From an uncultured delta proteobacterium (GTDB lineage Bacteria > Desulfobacterota > Binatia > Binatales > Binataceae), in the NCBI GenBank assembly GCA_963808235.1, contig CAWEEQ010000004.1, positions 2,752,001 to 2,816,000 of the forward strand: DNA of 64,000 bases, given 5' to 3'. Shown here piece after piece: positions 41,327 to 51,044 of the stretch. The position numbers and the translations under genes were made by a program. Below the pieces are notes generated by a model, which was not told the DNA's origin, searched no databases, and saw nothing but the letters and a program-made list of their open reading frames with translations. How positions within the stretch are numbered: the stretch's first letter is position 1; every line of letters begins with the position of its first letter.

Positions 41327-42540
41327 TGTCTCTCCTGGTTTGAGTTGAACTGCGGCGGCGCCGACGCGTTGTACGCCTCGCCTCCCAGCGTATGCGGGGC
41401 GGTGTATGCGATCGGGCTTATCGCCATGCACTCGGTCACTACCTGTCCATTGTTATGCACCACGATTCGTCCGAGCGGTTCTCCGGTCGTTACCGGGGCG
41501 TCGATCGCCGGCGCCACATCGTACACGACCTGAACCGTCGAGGCGTCGACCTTCGGCACCACCACTTTTAGATCGGTGGCCGCGACCGGTTGAATCAGCG
41601 GTCCCGCATGAACCTGCACCTGCACGGGCAGCGGTTGTCCCGACTTGAGCAGCGACACCGCGGTGAATTGTTCGAAGCCCCATTCCATCAGCTTGCCTGC
41701 CTGCGCGAAGCGCTGCTGATTGGACGGCGCGCCGAGGATAACCGCAATCAGCCGCATGTTGCCGCGTTTGGCCGTGGTCGTGACGTTGAACCCCGCCTGG
41801 TAGGTGAAGCCGGTCTTGAGCCCGTCGCATCCGTCGAAATGGCCGACCAGATGGTTGGTGTTATGAAGCATCGCGACACCGCCGTCGAAATCCACCGTCT
41901 CCTGCCCGGACCACATCAGGAGATTCGTCTCGCGGATTATCGCGCGGCCCACGGTCGCGAGATCTTCGGCGTTGGTGCGATCAACGTCGTGAGTTGGACG
42001 CGGAGGCAGGCCGTCCACGGTCTGGTACTCGGTGTGAGTCATGCCGAGTTCGCGCGCCCGCTCGTTCATCATCCGGACCATCGCCTCGACCGAGCCGCCG
42101 ATCTTCTCACCGACTGCGACCGCCGCGTCGTTGGCCGATTTGACCAGCGCCGCCTTCATCAACTCGCGCAGCGGATAAACGTCGCCTTCCTTGAGTCCGA
42201 GCCGCGAGCCGCCGGTATGCGCCGAGCGCTCCGAGACCCTGACCGGTTCGTCGGATTTGAAGCGGCCGGCATTGATCTGCTCTTGCGCGACCAGCAGGAG
42301 CATCATCTTGGCCATCGAGGCGGGCGGCCAATCCATCTCCGCGTTGGAGGCCATCAGGATGCGTCCGCTGTCGGCATCTTCGAGCAGCGCGGCTTTGTAG
42401 AGCTGGGTGTTGCCCACCGGTCGCGCGCTCTTTCTCGAGTGCGAAGTTCGATGGCGATGCGACAGCGCAGTTGCGTGCGCCGGCGTTGCCGCGAGCGAGA
42501 TTGCGCACAGAATCAGCGCCGCAAATATCCTGCCGGGCAC
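41323..42540 (-). CDS. D-alanyl-D-alanine carboxypeptidase (peptidase S11)
   Basis: PASMAK (SxxK), SANDAA (SxN), GLKTGFT (KTG), with a signal peptide; start may extend to 42615. Confidence 0.93.
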   Translation of the reverse strand: MPGRIFAALILCAISLAATPAHATALSHRHRTSHSRKSARPVGNTQLYKAALLEDADSGRILMASNAEMDWPPASMAKMMLLLVAQEQINAGRFKSDEPVRVSERSAHTGGSRLGLKEGDVYPLRELMKAALVKSANDAAVAVGEKIGGSVEAMVRMMNERARELGMTHTEYQTVDGLPPRPTHDVDRTNAEDLATVGRAIIRETNLLMWSGQETVDFDGGVAMLHNTNHLVGHFDGCDGLKTGFTYQAGFNVTTTAKRGNMRLIAVILGAPSNQQRFAQAGKLMEWGFEQFTAVSLLKSGQPLPVQVQVHAGPLIQPVAATDLKVVVPKVDASTVQVVYDVAPAIDAPVTTGEPLGRIVVHNNGQVVTECMAISPIAYTAPHTLGGEAYNASAPPQFNSNQERQ

Positions 42541-42658
42541 GCCGAGATTAGCGAGGTCTCTGGAGACGTATCTTTGTGACAAATTCCACTGTGACAATTT
42601 CCTCCCCACCCGCAAAATTCCTCCTCCTGCTTGTCCCAGCTTATGTCTTGCGGCGCGC

Positions 42659-43393
42659 TCAGGGAACGCGGATGAAGTTGGTCGGCTCGGCGCCGTTTTT
42701 CGCGCCGCCTTCCGTCGGTGCGCCGTGTTCGACGTGATTCAATATATCAAGATTGGTCCGCGCCGGCGTGTAGTCGGGATTCTCGCCGACCAGTTCGTTC
42801 CATTCCTGGCTCGCTCGAACGTAGTTGCCTTCTTCGGCGTAGATTGCGCCGAGCGTATTGCGAGCGTCGGGCTGGCTCGGGTCTATCTGTAAGGAGAGTA
42901 ACGTCTCCTGCTCAGCCTGTGCGAGCGCTCCGCGCCGTTCGTAAGCGAGCGCTAGGTTGAAGTGCGTCTCCGGACGTTCAGGTCCGAGCAGCGCCGCCAG
43001 CCTCAGCACTTGAGTCGCATCGCGAGTCTGCCCGGTTTCCAGGTAGAGCAAGCCCAGGTTCAGGAACAACTGCCAGTCGTTGAGGCCAAGACTGATCGCC
43101 TTTTGATACTCGGCGAGTTCCTTCTGATGCTCACCGACGACGCCATATGCGAAGCCAAGATGGTAGTGCGCAAGGGCGTTGGCGGGATCGTCGCTGATAA
43201 CTATGCGATGGCGGCGAATGGCCTCGCCGTAATCTTCCATGCCGAGAAAATAATCGGCGAGCGGATCGCAAACCTGCTCGTCGTAGGTACTGCTTTTGGC
43301 GCTCGCATGGGCGCGCGGCGGCGACTGGAACACCAGCGCGATCGCGGCAATAAGAAAAAAAATGCTCGACCTGCTAAAGCTCAACGAATCCAA
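42659..43393 (-). CDS. Exported tetratricopeptide-repeat protein
   Basis: Signal peptide then repeats AHYHLGFAY, FLNLGLLY, THFNLALAY, ARNTLGAIY. Confidence 0.88.
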   Translation of the reverse strand: MDSLSFSRSSIFFLIAAIALVFQSPPRAHASAKSSTYDEQVCDPLADYFLGMEDYGEAIRRHRIVISDDPANALAHYHLGFAYGVVGEHQKELAEYQKAISLGLNDWQLFLNLGLLYLETGQTRDATQVLRLAALLGPERPETHFNLALAYERRGALAQAEQETLLSLQIDPSQPDARNTLGAIYAEEGNYVRASQEWNELVGENPDYTPARTNLDILNHVEHGAPTEGGAKNGAEPTNFIRVP

Positions 43394-43613
43394 TTGTTCC
43401 CGCAGCCCACGAACGTGCGGGAAGAAATCAGATGGTAGCAGGAATTTTCGATTAAAGAAGAGCGCGGCGCGTATTTTAACGCATTGCGCCTAAAGAAATC
43501 ACGTTTTGCATGCCGCGGACGCCCTAAAACCGTATTGGCGCATCAGCCGCCGAATCGCCCAAGATTTCCAGTTCCGGGGACTCCCAATTCCCAGGATTCC
43601 CTATTTCGACGAA

Positions 43614-43638
43614 GGGCGGCCGCATCGCGCGGCCGCCC
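43614..43638 (-). terminator. GC hairpin, probable terminator of the 43658..43939 gene
   Basis: 10-bp stem GGGCGGCCGC/GCGGCCGCCC with a 5-nt loop, 20 nt past the stop; U-tract is weak. Confidence 0.5.
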
Positions 43639-43657
43639 CTGGAATTGTCCGTCGGTG

Positions 43658-43939
43658 TTACGGATTGGCAGCAGGAGCCATGGCGCCGGGTGACGCTTCC
43701 GCCCCCGGAGACGCCATCGCGCCGCTGTCGGTGCTATCAGTCGTCTTCTTGTGATGATGGCGACGATGCTTCTTCGTCGCGGCCGGCGATGCCGCCGCGT
43801 CTGGGGCCGCCATGCTCGACTCAGCCGCAGGGGCCTCCGCCGCTGGTGACGAGGCCGCCGCCGGAGCCTGCGCGAAAGCCGGCATCGCCAACGCGGTGGC
43901 GAAGAAAGCTGCGGAGAGGACTGAAAGGGTGCGCTTCAT
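43658..43939 (-). CDS. Small exported Ala/Pro/Ser-rich protein with a KKHRRHHHKK patch
   Basis: Signal peptide MKRTLSVLSAAFFATALAMPAFA; AAGGAG RBS; low-complexity mature part. Confidence 0.8.
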   Translation of the reverse strand: MKRTLSVLSAAFFATALAMPAFAQAPAAASSPAAEAPAAESSMAAPDAAASPAATKKHRRHHHKKTTDSTDSGAMASPGAEASPGAMAPAANP

Positions 43940-44001
43940 ATTTCTGGATCTCCTTGATATCGGCGGGCCTTAATGGACCGCGGGTGTCACAATGAATGTA
44001 T

Positions 44002-44017
44002 TGCTATAGCCGTGCCA
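44002..44017 (-). promoter_or_regulatory. Candidate sigma54 (-24/-12) promoter
   Basis: Minus strand TGGCACGGCTATAGCA versus consensus TGGCAC-N5-TTGCW (one mismatch), about 60 nt upstream of ATG 43939. Confidence 0.6.
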
Positions 44018-44161
44018 TCGGGCTCGGCGCAAGTTCTTCAAGCAAGATAAGCGGATTTCTTGGTCAAATCGCTCCACTATGACCCAATCGGTCTATAACC
44101 CTATCCGCTTTGCGTAAGCGCTCAGACTTGGCCGCCTGACCGACAGGCCTTAATCGAAGGG

Positions 44162-44887
44162 TCACTTCCCCGCCCGACGCTCAGCCTTCAACTCCTGATA
44201 TAGCGTAATTAGCTCCTTAAATGCTCGCGCTACCACCTTGAGGTTCGCCCCCGATTGCTCCCCGGTCAGGCGCGGCAGATGCTGCACGTCGACCTCCTTT
44301 ACCTTTGCGTTACGGCCCGCCAGCCGCGCCATCAGCTCGGTCGAGATCATCGCGCCATGCGCCCGCAGCTCCATCCCGTCGAGCTTCTCCCGCTTGAACA
44401 GTTTGAAGCCGCAATCGATGTCGGTGATCGTGATGCCGAGCAGGACGCGGACGAGAGTCGTCCATGCCCTGCCGTTTATCCTGCGCATCAAATGGTCGGC
44501 GCGATGCGCCCGGCGGCCCGCGACGACGTCGTACTCGGGAACAAACGGGGTCATGCGCTCGAGATCGGCGGGATCGAATTGCCCATCGCCGTCGCATAGC
44601 AGGACGTAAGGTTTCGACGCGGCCCGGATTCCGGATATCACCGCTCCGCCGTAGCCGCGATTGACCGGATGATGCACGACCTTGACGTGAGCGTCGGCGG
44701 CGGCAAGGCGGTCGGCTATTGCGCCGGTGCGATCGCGGCTGCCGTCGTCGACCACGATCACTTCGTAGTCATCGGCGACGCGCGGCAGCTCGGCGAGGTA
44801 CGAGTTGACAACCCGCTCGACATTGCCCTCCTCGTTATGTGACGGCAGGAAAACGCTGATTCCGGGAAGTCGGACCGGGGTGCTCAC
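44162..44887 (-). CDS. GT2 glycosyltransferase (DPM1/polyprenol-phosphate glycosyltransferase-like)
   Basis: SVFLPSHNEE, VVDDGSRD, NRGYGGA, DGDGQF, DIDCGFKLF. Confidence 0.92.
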   Translation of the reverse strand: MSTPVRLPGISVFLPSHNEEGNVERVVNSYLAELPRVADDYEVIVVDDGSRDRTGAIADRLAAADAHVKVVHHPVNRGYGGAVISGIRAASKPYVLLCDGDGQFDPADLERMTPFVPEYDVVAGRRAHRADHLMRRINGRAWTTLVRVLLGITITDIDCGFKLFKREKLDGMELRAHGAMISTELMARLAGRNAKVKEVDVQHLPRLTGEQSGANLKVVARAFKELITLYQELKAERRAGK

Positions 44888-44902
44888 GTTCGGGTGGGCG
44901 AG

Positions 44903-45379
44903 CTAGTCGCCAATTTCGCGGTATCCGCCGCGGAAAAAGAGCAGCGGCTTGCCTTCTTTGGTTTCGGCCTGCTCAATCTCACCGACGTAAATCGTATGGT
45001 CGCCGCCATCGATTTTCTGGGTCACGCTGCATTCAAGATACGCGAGCGCGCCATCGAGGATCGGCGCGCCGTTGGCCCCAATTCGATAGCTCACACCCTC
45101 GAATTTGTTGCCGCCGGTGACGGCGAACCTGCGCGAGAGCGCCTCCTGGTCGCCGGCGAGCACGTTGACGGTGAAGATTTTGCTCTCGTCGAAGCACGGA
45201 TAGCTCTCGGCCTTCTTGTCGATGCAAACCAGCAGCAGCGGCGGAATCAGCGAAACCGAGGTGAACGCATTGGCGGTCAGCCCGTGCAACTCACCCGAGC
45301 TTCGCTTCGAAGTGATAACGGTGACGCCGGTCGCGAAATGACCCATCACCCGTCTGAGCTCATTCTTCTCGATTGCCAT
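44903..45379 (-). CDS. Flavin reductase (HpaC-like)
   Basis: LRRVMGHFATGVTVIT, GLTANAFTSVSLIPP, GDHTIYVG, PLLFFRGGY. Confidence 0.93.
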   Translation of the reverse strand: MAIEKNELRRVMGHFATGVTVITSKRSSGELHGLTANAFTSVSLIPPLLLVCIDKKAESYPCFDESKIFTVNVLAGDQEALSRRFAVTGGNKFEGVSYRIGANGAPILDGALAYLECSVTQKIDGGDHTIYVGEIEQAETKEGKPLLFFRGGYREIGD

Positions 45380-45411
45380 CTGCAAACTCTCTCCGCGCGC
45401 GGATGCTATCA

Positions 45412-45430
45412 GACGATTTTATAAATCGTC
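45412..45430. promoter_or_regulatory. Palindrome upstream of the flavin reductase gene, candidate operator
   Basis: GACGATTT-TAT-AAATCGTC, a perfect 8-3-8 inverted repeat about 33 nt upstream of the start. Confidence 0.45.
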
Positions 45431-45442
45431 AAATTACTCCTC

Positions 45443-45656
45443 TGTCATCCTGACTGGAGCTCGCGCCGCGAGCGGAGGGGAAGGATCTCGGACAGCTTCG
45501 CGTCAGCGAAGCCGGTTCCGGTTTCGAGTCGATTTCAGCTGAACAAGGGCGAAAACCTTCGAAACGTTTCCCGTTTTCCCACAATAATCCCCGCGAAATG
45601 CCGCCGCGGCATTTCGCTCCATCCTGTCACCGGGTGCAGGGGTCACCCCTGCCGCC
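45443..45656. repeat. Intergenic cluster of REP-like palindromes, including copy 2 of the 20833 repeat
   Basis: TGTCATCCTGA..GCTCGCgccGCGAGC..GAAGGATCTC (45443-45489); GCTTCGC/GCGAAGC; 11-bp stem GCGAAATGCCG/CGGCATTTCGC (45593-45617); CACCGGGTGCAGGGGTCACCCCTGCCGCC (45628-45656). Confidence 0.6.
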
Positions 45657-45726
45657 AGCCGCGCAGGCGTGACTAAGATTCCGACGCTCCTGCTCGATCG
45701 GGCGGCCGCGGTATTCGTTCGCGCGA

Positions 45727-46242
45727 CTAATCCCAGCCAGTGCGATCGCGGGGGAGAACTTCCTTGCCGCCCAAGTAAACATAGTCGAGGTCTAGCGAGG
45801 TCAACGGACGATCGTTCTCCCCCACGCGCACGTTGACTGGCGCCGCGACAAAAATCGTATGGTCTCCCGCCACCCGGCTGTCCACGACGCGCGCTTCAAT
45901 CGCGACCATCGCGAGTTTCAGCCACGGCACTTGGAGCGTGGGCGATAGCTCGAATTCGATCGCGTCGAGGTTGTCCTCGCGCCGCGCGCGCGGCGAGTAG
46001 AAGTAGTCCTCGAGTTGCTTGCCGCGCCGTCCGACTACATTGATACCGAACGCGCCGGTCCGCGCGATGACCTTGTTGCTGAAGTGCGCGTTGTCGACCG
46101 CCGCAGCGAACAGCACCGGCTCGCCCGAGACTTGCGCCACCCACGACGACGACATCCCGTGGCTACGGGCCCCTTCCCGAACCGTCAGGACGTAGATTCC
46201 GGTGGTCAGGGCGGCCATCGCGCGCGCGAGATTGTTCTCCAT
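45727..46242 (-). CDS. Flavin reductase family protein
   Basis: ALTTGIYVLT, GMSSSWVAQVSGEP, AGDHTIFVA. Confidence 0.88.
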   Translation of the reverse strand: MENNLARAMAALTTGIYVLTVREGARSHGMSSSWVAQVSGEPVLFAAAVDNAHFSNKVIARTGAFGINVVGRRGKQLEDYFYSPRARREDNLDAIEFELSPTLQVPWLKLAMVAIEARVVDSRVAGDHTIFVAAPVNVRVGENDRPLTSLDLDYVYLGGKEVLPRDRTGWD

Positions 46243-46363
46243 GACGGATTGCTCCCTCGAAAAACGTGAAAAACGCTATTTTACGCTAGTGGAGAATTGA
46301 TCTTCACACCAAGCGATTCCAAAATGATAATCCGGTACTGTGGATCAAGATGTGTGGGAGTTG

Positions 46364-47183
46364 ATGGGCAGGATTATTTCTCACCTCTTTAGAGTTCTAA
46401 CCGCCGCTGGGTTTATCGTGCTGATCGCCGCGCACCACGCGCGCGCCGAAAGCTCGGCGGGAATCATGTTGCAGCAGAATACGCCCGTCACCGCGGGCGA
46501 CGCCGAGAAGGCGGGCACGCTGCCACCGCCTCCGCCGTACGATCCGACCAAGGTGCAGTACGTCAATCCGCCGATGCCGTCGCCGGAGCCGCAGACCAGC
46601 CCCACTCCAACCCCGACCGTGACTCCGACTCCTCTACCGCGGGTGCAAATCGACGGCGTCGTCACCGACAAAGTGCCGACCCCGGGTCAACTCGCCTACA
46701 AGGCGACCCGCGACATCTCGTTCATGGATCCGCTCAGCTGGTCGGTGACGATTTACAAAAAACACCATCAGCTGCTCGTCTACTACAAGGGTCGGCTGTT
46801 CAAGACGCTATCACGCGGTGTTCGGGCGGAGCTTCGAGCCGGGCACAAAACTCTGGGAGGGCGATCGGCGTACGCCCGAGGGCGTCTACACGATCGTCGA
46901 GAAGCATCCGAGCCGGCGATGGGAATGGTTCCTCACGCTCAACTATCCGAACGTGCTGGACCGCCGCCGCTACGAGCAGATGCGCGATGGCGGCGTGGTG
47001 CCGATCGAAGACGGGCGTCCCGTAGGTGTCGGCGGCAGAATAGGAATCCACGGTTCCGACGAACCACTGCTGAACCGCGGCGACGTCAACTGGACCACCG
47101 GATGCATCTCGGTGAGCGATCAGGACGTCGACGAACTGCACAAGCTGCTCCCAACCGGCACGGTCGTGATAATCAAGCCGTAG
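46364..47183 (+). CDS. L,D-transpeptidase (YkuD domain) with signal peptide and Pro/Thr linker, frameshifted near 46808
   Basis: ..LLVYYKGRLFKT continues as YHAVFGR..EGDRRTPEGVY..LNYPN..IGIHGS..NWTTGCISV (HxxC motif) after removing C46808. Confidence 0.85.
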
Positions 47184-47257
47184 CCGCAGGCGCTGTCCGA
47201 AATCCAACTGAAGGTCTAAAGTGCGGTGTGAATCTTCCCGTCCCAGGAGCATCCGTT

Positions 47258-48241
47258 ATGCGACCAATCAAATTCAATGTCGGACTTCCAGATAACGATC
47301 CCGTCGCGATGCTCGCGACGGCGCGGCGCGCCGAGGAGCTCGGCTACTACTCGGTTTCGATCGACGATCACTTCTTCATGAAAGGGCTGATGTCCAACGA
47401 GCACGCGCCGCACTACGAATGCTTCACGATGCTCAGTGCGGTTGCCGCGACCACCAAGAGCATCAAGATGCTGCCGCTAGTCACCTCGATGTCCTATCGC
47501 AACCCCGCGCTGCTCGCGAAGACGATGGCGTCGCTCGACAACTTGAGCGGCGGCCGCTTTATCGCGGGAATCGGCGCCGGCTGGTTCAAGGAGGAATACG
47601 ACGCTTACGGATTTCCGTATCCGTCCAACGCCGAGCGTATCGAGCAGATGGGCGACGGCATCAAGGTGCTCAAGGCGATGTGGACGCAAGCCGAGCCGAC
47701 GCATCATGGGCCGTACTTCAAAATCGACAAGGCCTACTGCGAGCCCAAACCCGTGCAGCGGCCGCATCCGCCGATCCTGATTGGCGGCGGCGGCAAGCGC
47801 GTGCTCGAAATCGCGGCGTACGAGGCCGACATCCTGAATCTGAACCCTCCGGTAACCAAGGGCTACGTCGATGTCGCTGAGGCACTCAAGTTCGATCGAG
47901 GCAAGGTCCTGAAGCGCATCGAGATGATCCGCGGCTTCCTGAAATCGGCGGGCCGCGCCCAGGACGCGCTCGAACTCTCCGGCGGAGGATTTGTGCTGAT
48001 GGCCAAGGATCGCGCGACCGCCGACGCGATGGCAACCGCGACCGCGCGGACCCTTGGAATCGAGAATAACGAGAGCGTGCGCAACTCGCTCCAGGTCATT
48101 ATCGGCACGCCCGACAACGTCAAGCGTGAACTCGCCGAACGAATCGAGAAATTTGGCATGACCTACTTCTTCCTGAACTTCATGATGCCCGACGCGATCG
48201 AGATGTTCGCTAAAGAAGTGATGCCCGCATTCGCGCACTGA
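47258..48241 (+). CDS. LLM-class flavin- or F420-dependent oxidoreductase
   Basis: AEELGYYSVSIDDHF, YRNPALLAK..LDNLSGGR..GIGAGW, PKPVQRPHPPILIGGGG; CAGGAG RBS. Confidence 0.92.
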   Translation: MRPIKFNVGLPDNDPVAMLATARRAEELGYYSVSIDDHFFMKGLMSNEHAPHYECFTMLSAVAATTKSIKMLPLVTSMSYRNPALLAKTMASLDNLSGGRFIAGIGAGWFKEEYDAYGFPYPSNAERIEQMGDGIKVLKAMWTQAEPTHHGPYFKIDKAYCEPKPVQRPHPPILIGGGGKRVLEIAAYEADILNLNPPVTKGYVDVAEALKFDRGKVLKRIEMIRGFLKSAGRAQDALELSGGGFVLMAKDRATADAMATATARTLGIENNESVRNSLQVIIGTPDNVKRELAERIEKFGMTYFFLNFMMPDAIEMFAKEVMPAFAH

Positions 48242-48322
48242 CGTCTGATCCCTCGCCCGTTATGTTACGGGAGAGGTTAGGTGAGGGTTCCGCGGATCGG
48301 CAGCGATTCAGGAGAAATCAAA

Positions 48323-49498
48323 ATGGACAAACTATCTGGCGAGTATAATTTCACCCGCCTCGAAACCGTCATCTTCGGCGTCGGCAAAGTCCAGTCGCTC
48401 GGCCGCGAGCTTAGCCGGCGCGGCGCGAAGCGCGCGCTGATCGTTACCGGCAAGACGCTCGGCCATTCCAGGCTGCTCGACCAGGTCAAGGCCGCCGCGG
48501 GTCCGGCACTGGCCGGCGTGTTCGCGGGAGCAGCACAGCATGTGCCCTCAAAGACCGTCGCGGAACTCGTCACTGAGGCGCGGCGCGTCGAGGCCGACAC
48601 GCTGGTGAGCTTCGGCGGCGGCAGTCCGATCGACACGGTGAAGAACGCCGCGATGATCCTGATGGGCGGGCGCGGCGGCGCGAAGACGATCGATTTCGCC
48701 GCATCGAGTGAAACCCCAAGCGGCCGCGAAATCCTCCATATCGCCATCCCAACCACGTTGTCAGCCGGCGAGTTCACGCCCGGCGGCGGCGTAACCGACG
48801 AAGCGACGAAGGTGAAAGGCGGCGTCGCGGACCCGCGCCTGCAGGCCAAAGTGGTGATCCTCGATCCCGAGCTGACCGTCGAGACGCCGGCGTGGCTGTG
48901 GGCTTCGACCGGGATGCGCGCGCTTGATCATGCCGTCGAAGGCAGTTACTCGACGCGGCATCAGATTGTGACCGACGCGCTCGCCGCGCGCGCGATTGCG
49001 ATTCTGAACAATCATCTGATGCCGTCGCTCAAGAGCCATGGCGATGACGAACTCGAGCATCGTTTGCAGTGCCAGATCGCCGCGTGGCTCTCGATTTTCG
49101 GGATGAGCAACACCCGCGGCGGCATCTCGCACGCGCTGGGACATCAGATTGGCCCCTACTGGAACGTTCCGCATGGCGTGACCTCATGCATCACGCTACC
49201 GCACGTAATGCGATTCATGGCGGGTATCGCGGCTGATCGCTTCGGCCCGATCGCCGAGGGTTTCGCGGTGCGCTTCGATACGCAAAACCCCCGCTCGGCC
49301 GCGCTCGAATGCGCCGATCGGGCCTCGAAGTTTATCGGCAAGTTCGAAGTGCCGATGCGGCTTCGCGACGTCGGCGTGCCGCGCGAAGAAATCTCGAAAA
49401 TCGCGGGCACAGTTCTCGAGGAAGTGAAGCGCTCGAACACGGTCGGCGCGGAAGTGACGCTCGAGCAGTTGGTCGCGATCCTCGACGCCGCTTACTGA
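48323..49498 (+). CDS. Iron-containing alcohol dehydrogenase family protein
   Basis: GGGSPIDTVK, IPTTLSAGE, ALDHAVE, HALGH, VPHG. Confidence 0.92.
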   Translation: MDKLSGEYNFTRLETVIFGVGKVQSLGRELSRRGAKRALIVTGKTLGHSRLLDQVKAAAGPALAGVFAGAAQHVPSKTVAELVTEARRVEADTLVSFGGGSPIDTVKNAAMILMGGRGGAKTIDFAASSETPSGREILHIAIPTTLSAGEFTPGGGVTDEATKVKGGVADPRLQAKVVILDPELTVETPAWLWASTGMRALDHAVEGSYSTRHQIVTDALAARAIAILNNHLMPSLKSHGDDELEHRLQCQIAAWLSIFGMSNTRGGISHALGHQIGPYWNVPHGVTSCITLPHVMRFMAGIAADRFGPIAEGFAVRFDTQNPRSAALECADRASKFIGKFEVPMRLRDVGVPREEISKIAGTVLEEVKRSNTVGAEVTLEQLVAILDAAY

Positions 49499-49532
49499 GC
49501 GACGCCGCTTACCGAGCGTCCTTCGCCGCTTA
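49483..49532. repeat. Short tandem direct repeat (17-bp period) spanning the ADH stop codon
   Basis: CGACGCCGCTTACTGAG CGACGCCGCTTACCGAG followed by a partial CGCCGCTTA. Confidence 0.6.
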
Positions 49533-49972
49533 ACTCTATTTTTGAATTCCGCTTTCGCGAGAAGCGGTTTGCTGACGTTCGTCTCGACTATGGCGATTCC
49601 GCAATGCACGCGACACGCTTGGTCATGATTTCTGTGATCCTCTAGAGAATTTTTTCTTACATTCGCGACTGATCTTTGCGTTTGCGTTTCTATGCGTCGC
49701 CTGGGAGACCATTGCCGCATCTTGTTGTGAATATTGATTCCGCCACCACGTCAAAAAAACTTATGTCGGGAGAAAGTTTGTGCGAGGGCCGAGTGGGGTC
49801 CGGCGTGCAAGTCCATTCGTAGAACAAAATAAAAAGCGAAGCGGCTTCCCACGTTGCCGTTTCGTAGTCGGCGCGCTTTCCGCCGAATAGGGCTCCTGGA
49901 GTCCGGCCTTTGGCGGATTGCGCGCGTAACCCGGGCCGTAGCCGCGGCCCGATCAAGGAGGCTTCGACTACG

Positions 49973-50989
49973 ATGGGAGACGAACAGCAACAACGAAGAA
50001 TCCTGGTCACCGGAATCGCCGATCGCGTGGTCGCCGAGCTCGTCCGCCAGCTCGAGGACGACGACTCAGTCGAGCTCATCGCGGGAGTCGATTTCCGCGA
50101 GCCCCGACGAGCGTTCAAGCGCACCGACGTGATGGTGGCCGACCCACGCTCGCGTGCCCTGGGCCACATCCTGGGCGCGGTGCGGCCCGATACCGTGCTG
50201 CATCTCCAGCGCGCAAATTACGGCGCGGATGAGGCCAGTATCGAGGAGGCGCACGAGATCAGCGTGATGGGCACGATCAACCTCGCCGCCAGCCTCCAGC
50301 GCATCCCGAGCATGCGCAAGTTCGTGCTGATGAGCTCGCTCCACGTCTACGGCGGCGATCCCACCGATCCCGCGATCCTTACCGAAGACGCGAAGCTCAG
50401 GGTGCCGGCCAGGACCAAATACGCCGCGGATCTTGCCGAGATTGAAAGCGCGGTGAACCTGCTCGCGCGAGGAAAGAATAAACTCGCAGTCACCTGCATC
50501 CGCTTCGCAGAGCTGGTCGGTCGTCAGAGTGACGAGCCGATGGCGCGCTATCTGCGGATGCCGATGGTTCCGTCGCTGTGGGGCTACGATCCCAGGCTTC
50601 AGTTCTGTCATGAAGAAGACGCAATCGCGATTCTGAAACGCGCGGCGCTGGAGGACTGCGCCGGCATCTACAATGTCGCCGGCGACGGAGCGGTTTACCT
50701 GAGCCAGGCGCTGCGCATCGGCGCCAGGGCCCGGTTGCCGATCGCTCCACCGCTCTTCGGGGCTGCGATGAGTGCGGCGAACGCCGCCGGCCTGACAACG
50801 CTCGCGCCGCATCATCTGCTCACCCTGCGATACGGCCGCGTCGTCGACAACACTTGCGCCAAGGATCGTTTCGGGCAGTTTCGCTACACGACGCGCGAAG
50901 CTGTGCGAGACCTGTACGGGATCGGGGCCGAGCCGGCTGCCGCATTCAGAAAGACCGCGCCGAGCGAGCAGAAGGTCGCTGCGGCGTGA
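49973..50989 (+). CDS. NAD-dependent epimerase/dehydratase family protein (extended/atypical SDR)
   Basis: RILVTG, SSLHVYG, GYDPRLQFCHEEDA, GIYNVAGDG; AAGGAGG RBS. Confidence 0.85.
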   Translation: MGDEQQQRRILVTGIADRVVAELVRQLEDDDSVELIAGVDFREPRRAFKRTDVMVADPRSRALGHILGAVRPDTVLHLQRANYGADEASIEEAHEISVMGTINLAASLQRIPSMRKFVLMSSLHVYGGDPTDPAILTEDAKLRVPARTKYAADLAEIESAVNLLARGKNKLAVTCIRFAELVGRQSDEPMARYLRMPMVPSLWGYDPRLQFCHEEDAIAILKRAALEDCAGIYNVAGDGAVYLSQALRIGARARLPIAPPLFGAAMSAANAAGLTTLAPHHLLTLRYGRVVDNTCAKDRFGQFRYTTREAVRDLYGIGAEPAAAFRKTAPSEQKVAAA

Positions 50990-51044
50990 ACGAGGCCGCG
51001 TAAGTTGTAGGGCCGATCAGCGCAGTATCGACAGGAGATAAGCA

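Noticed and set aside
46340-48241. 633-aa ORF appearing to fuse an exported Pro-rich protein to an LLM oxidoreductase
   Set aside because: Artefact of the +1 insertion at 46808. The L,D-transpeptidase ends at 47183 in another frame, and the LLM gene has its own RBS and ATG at 47258
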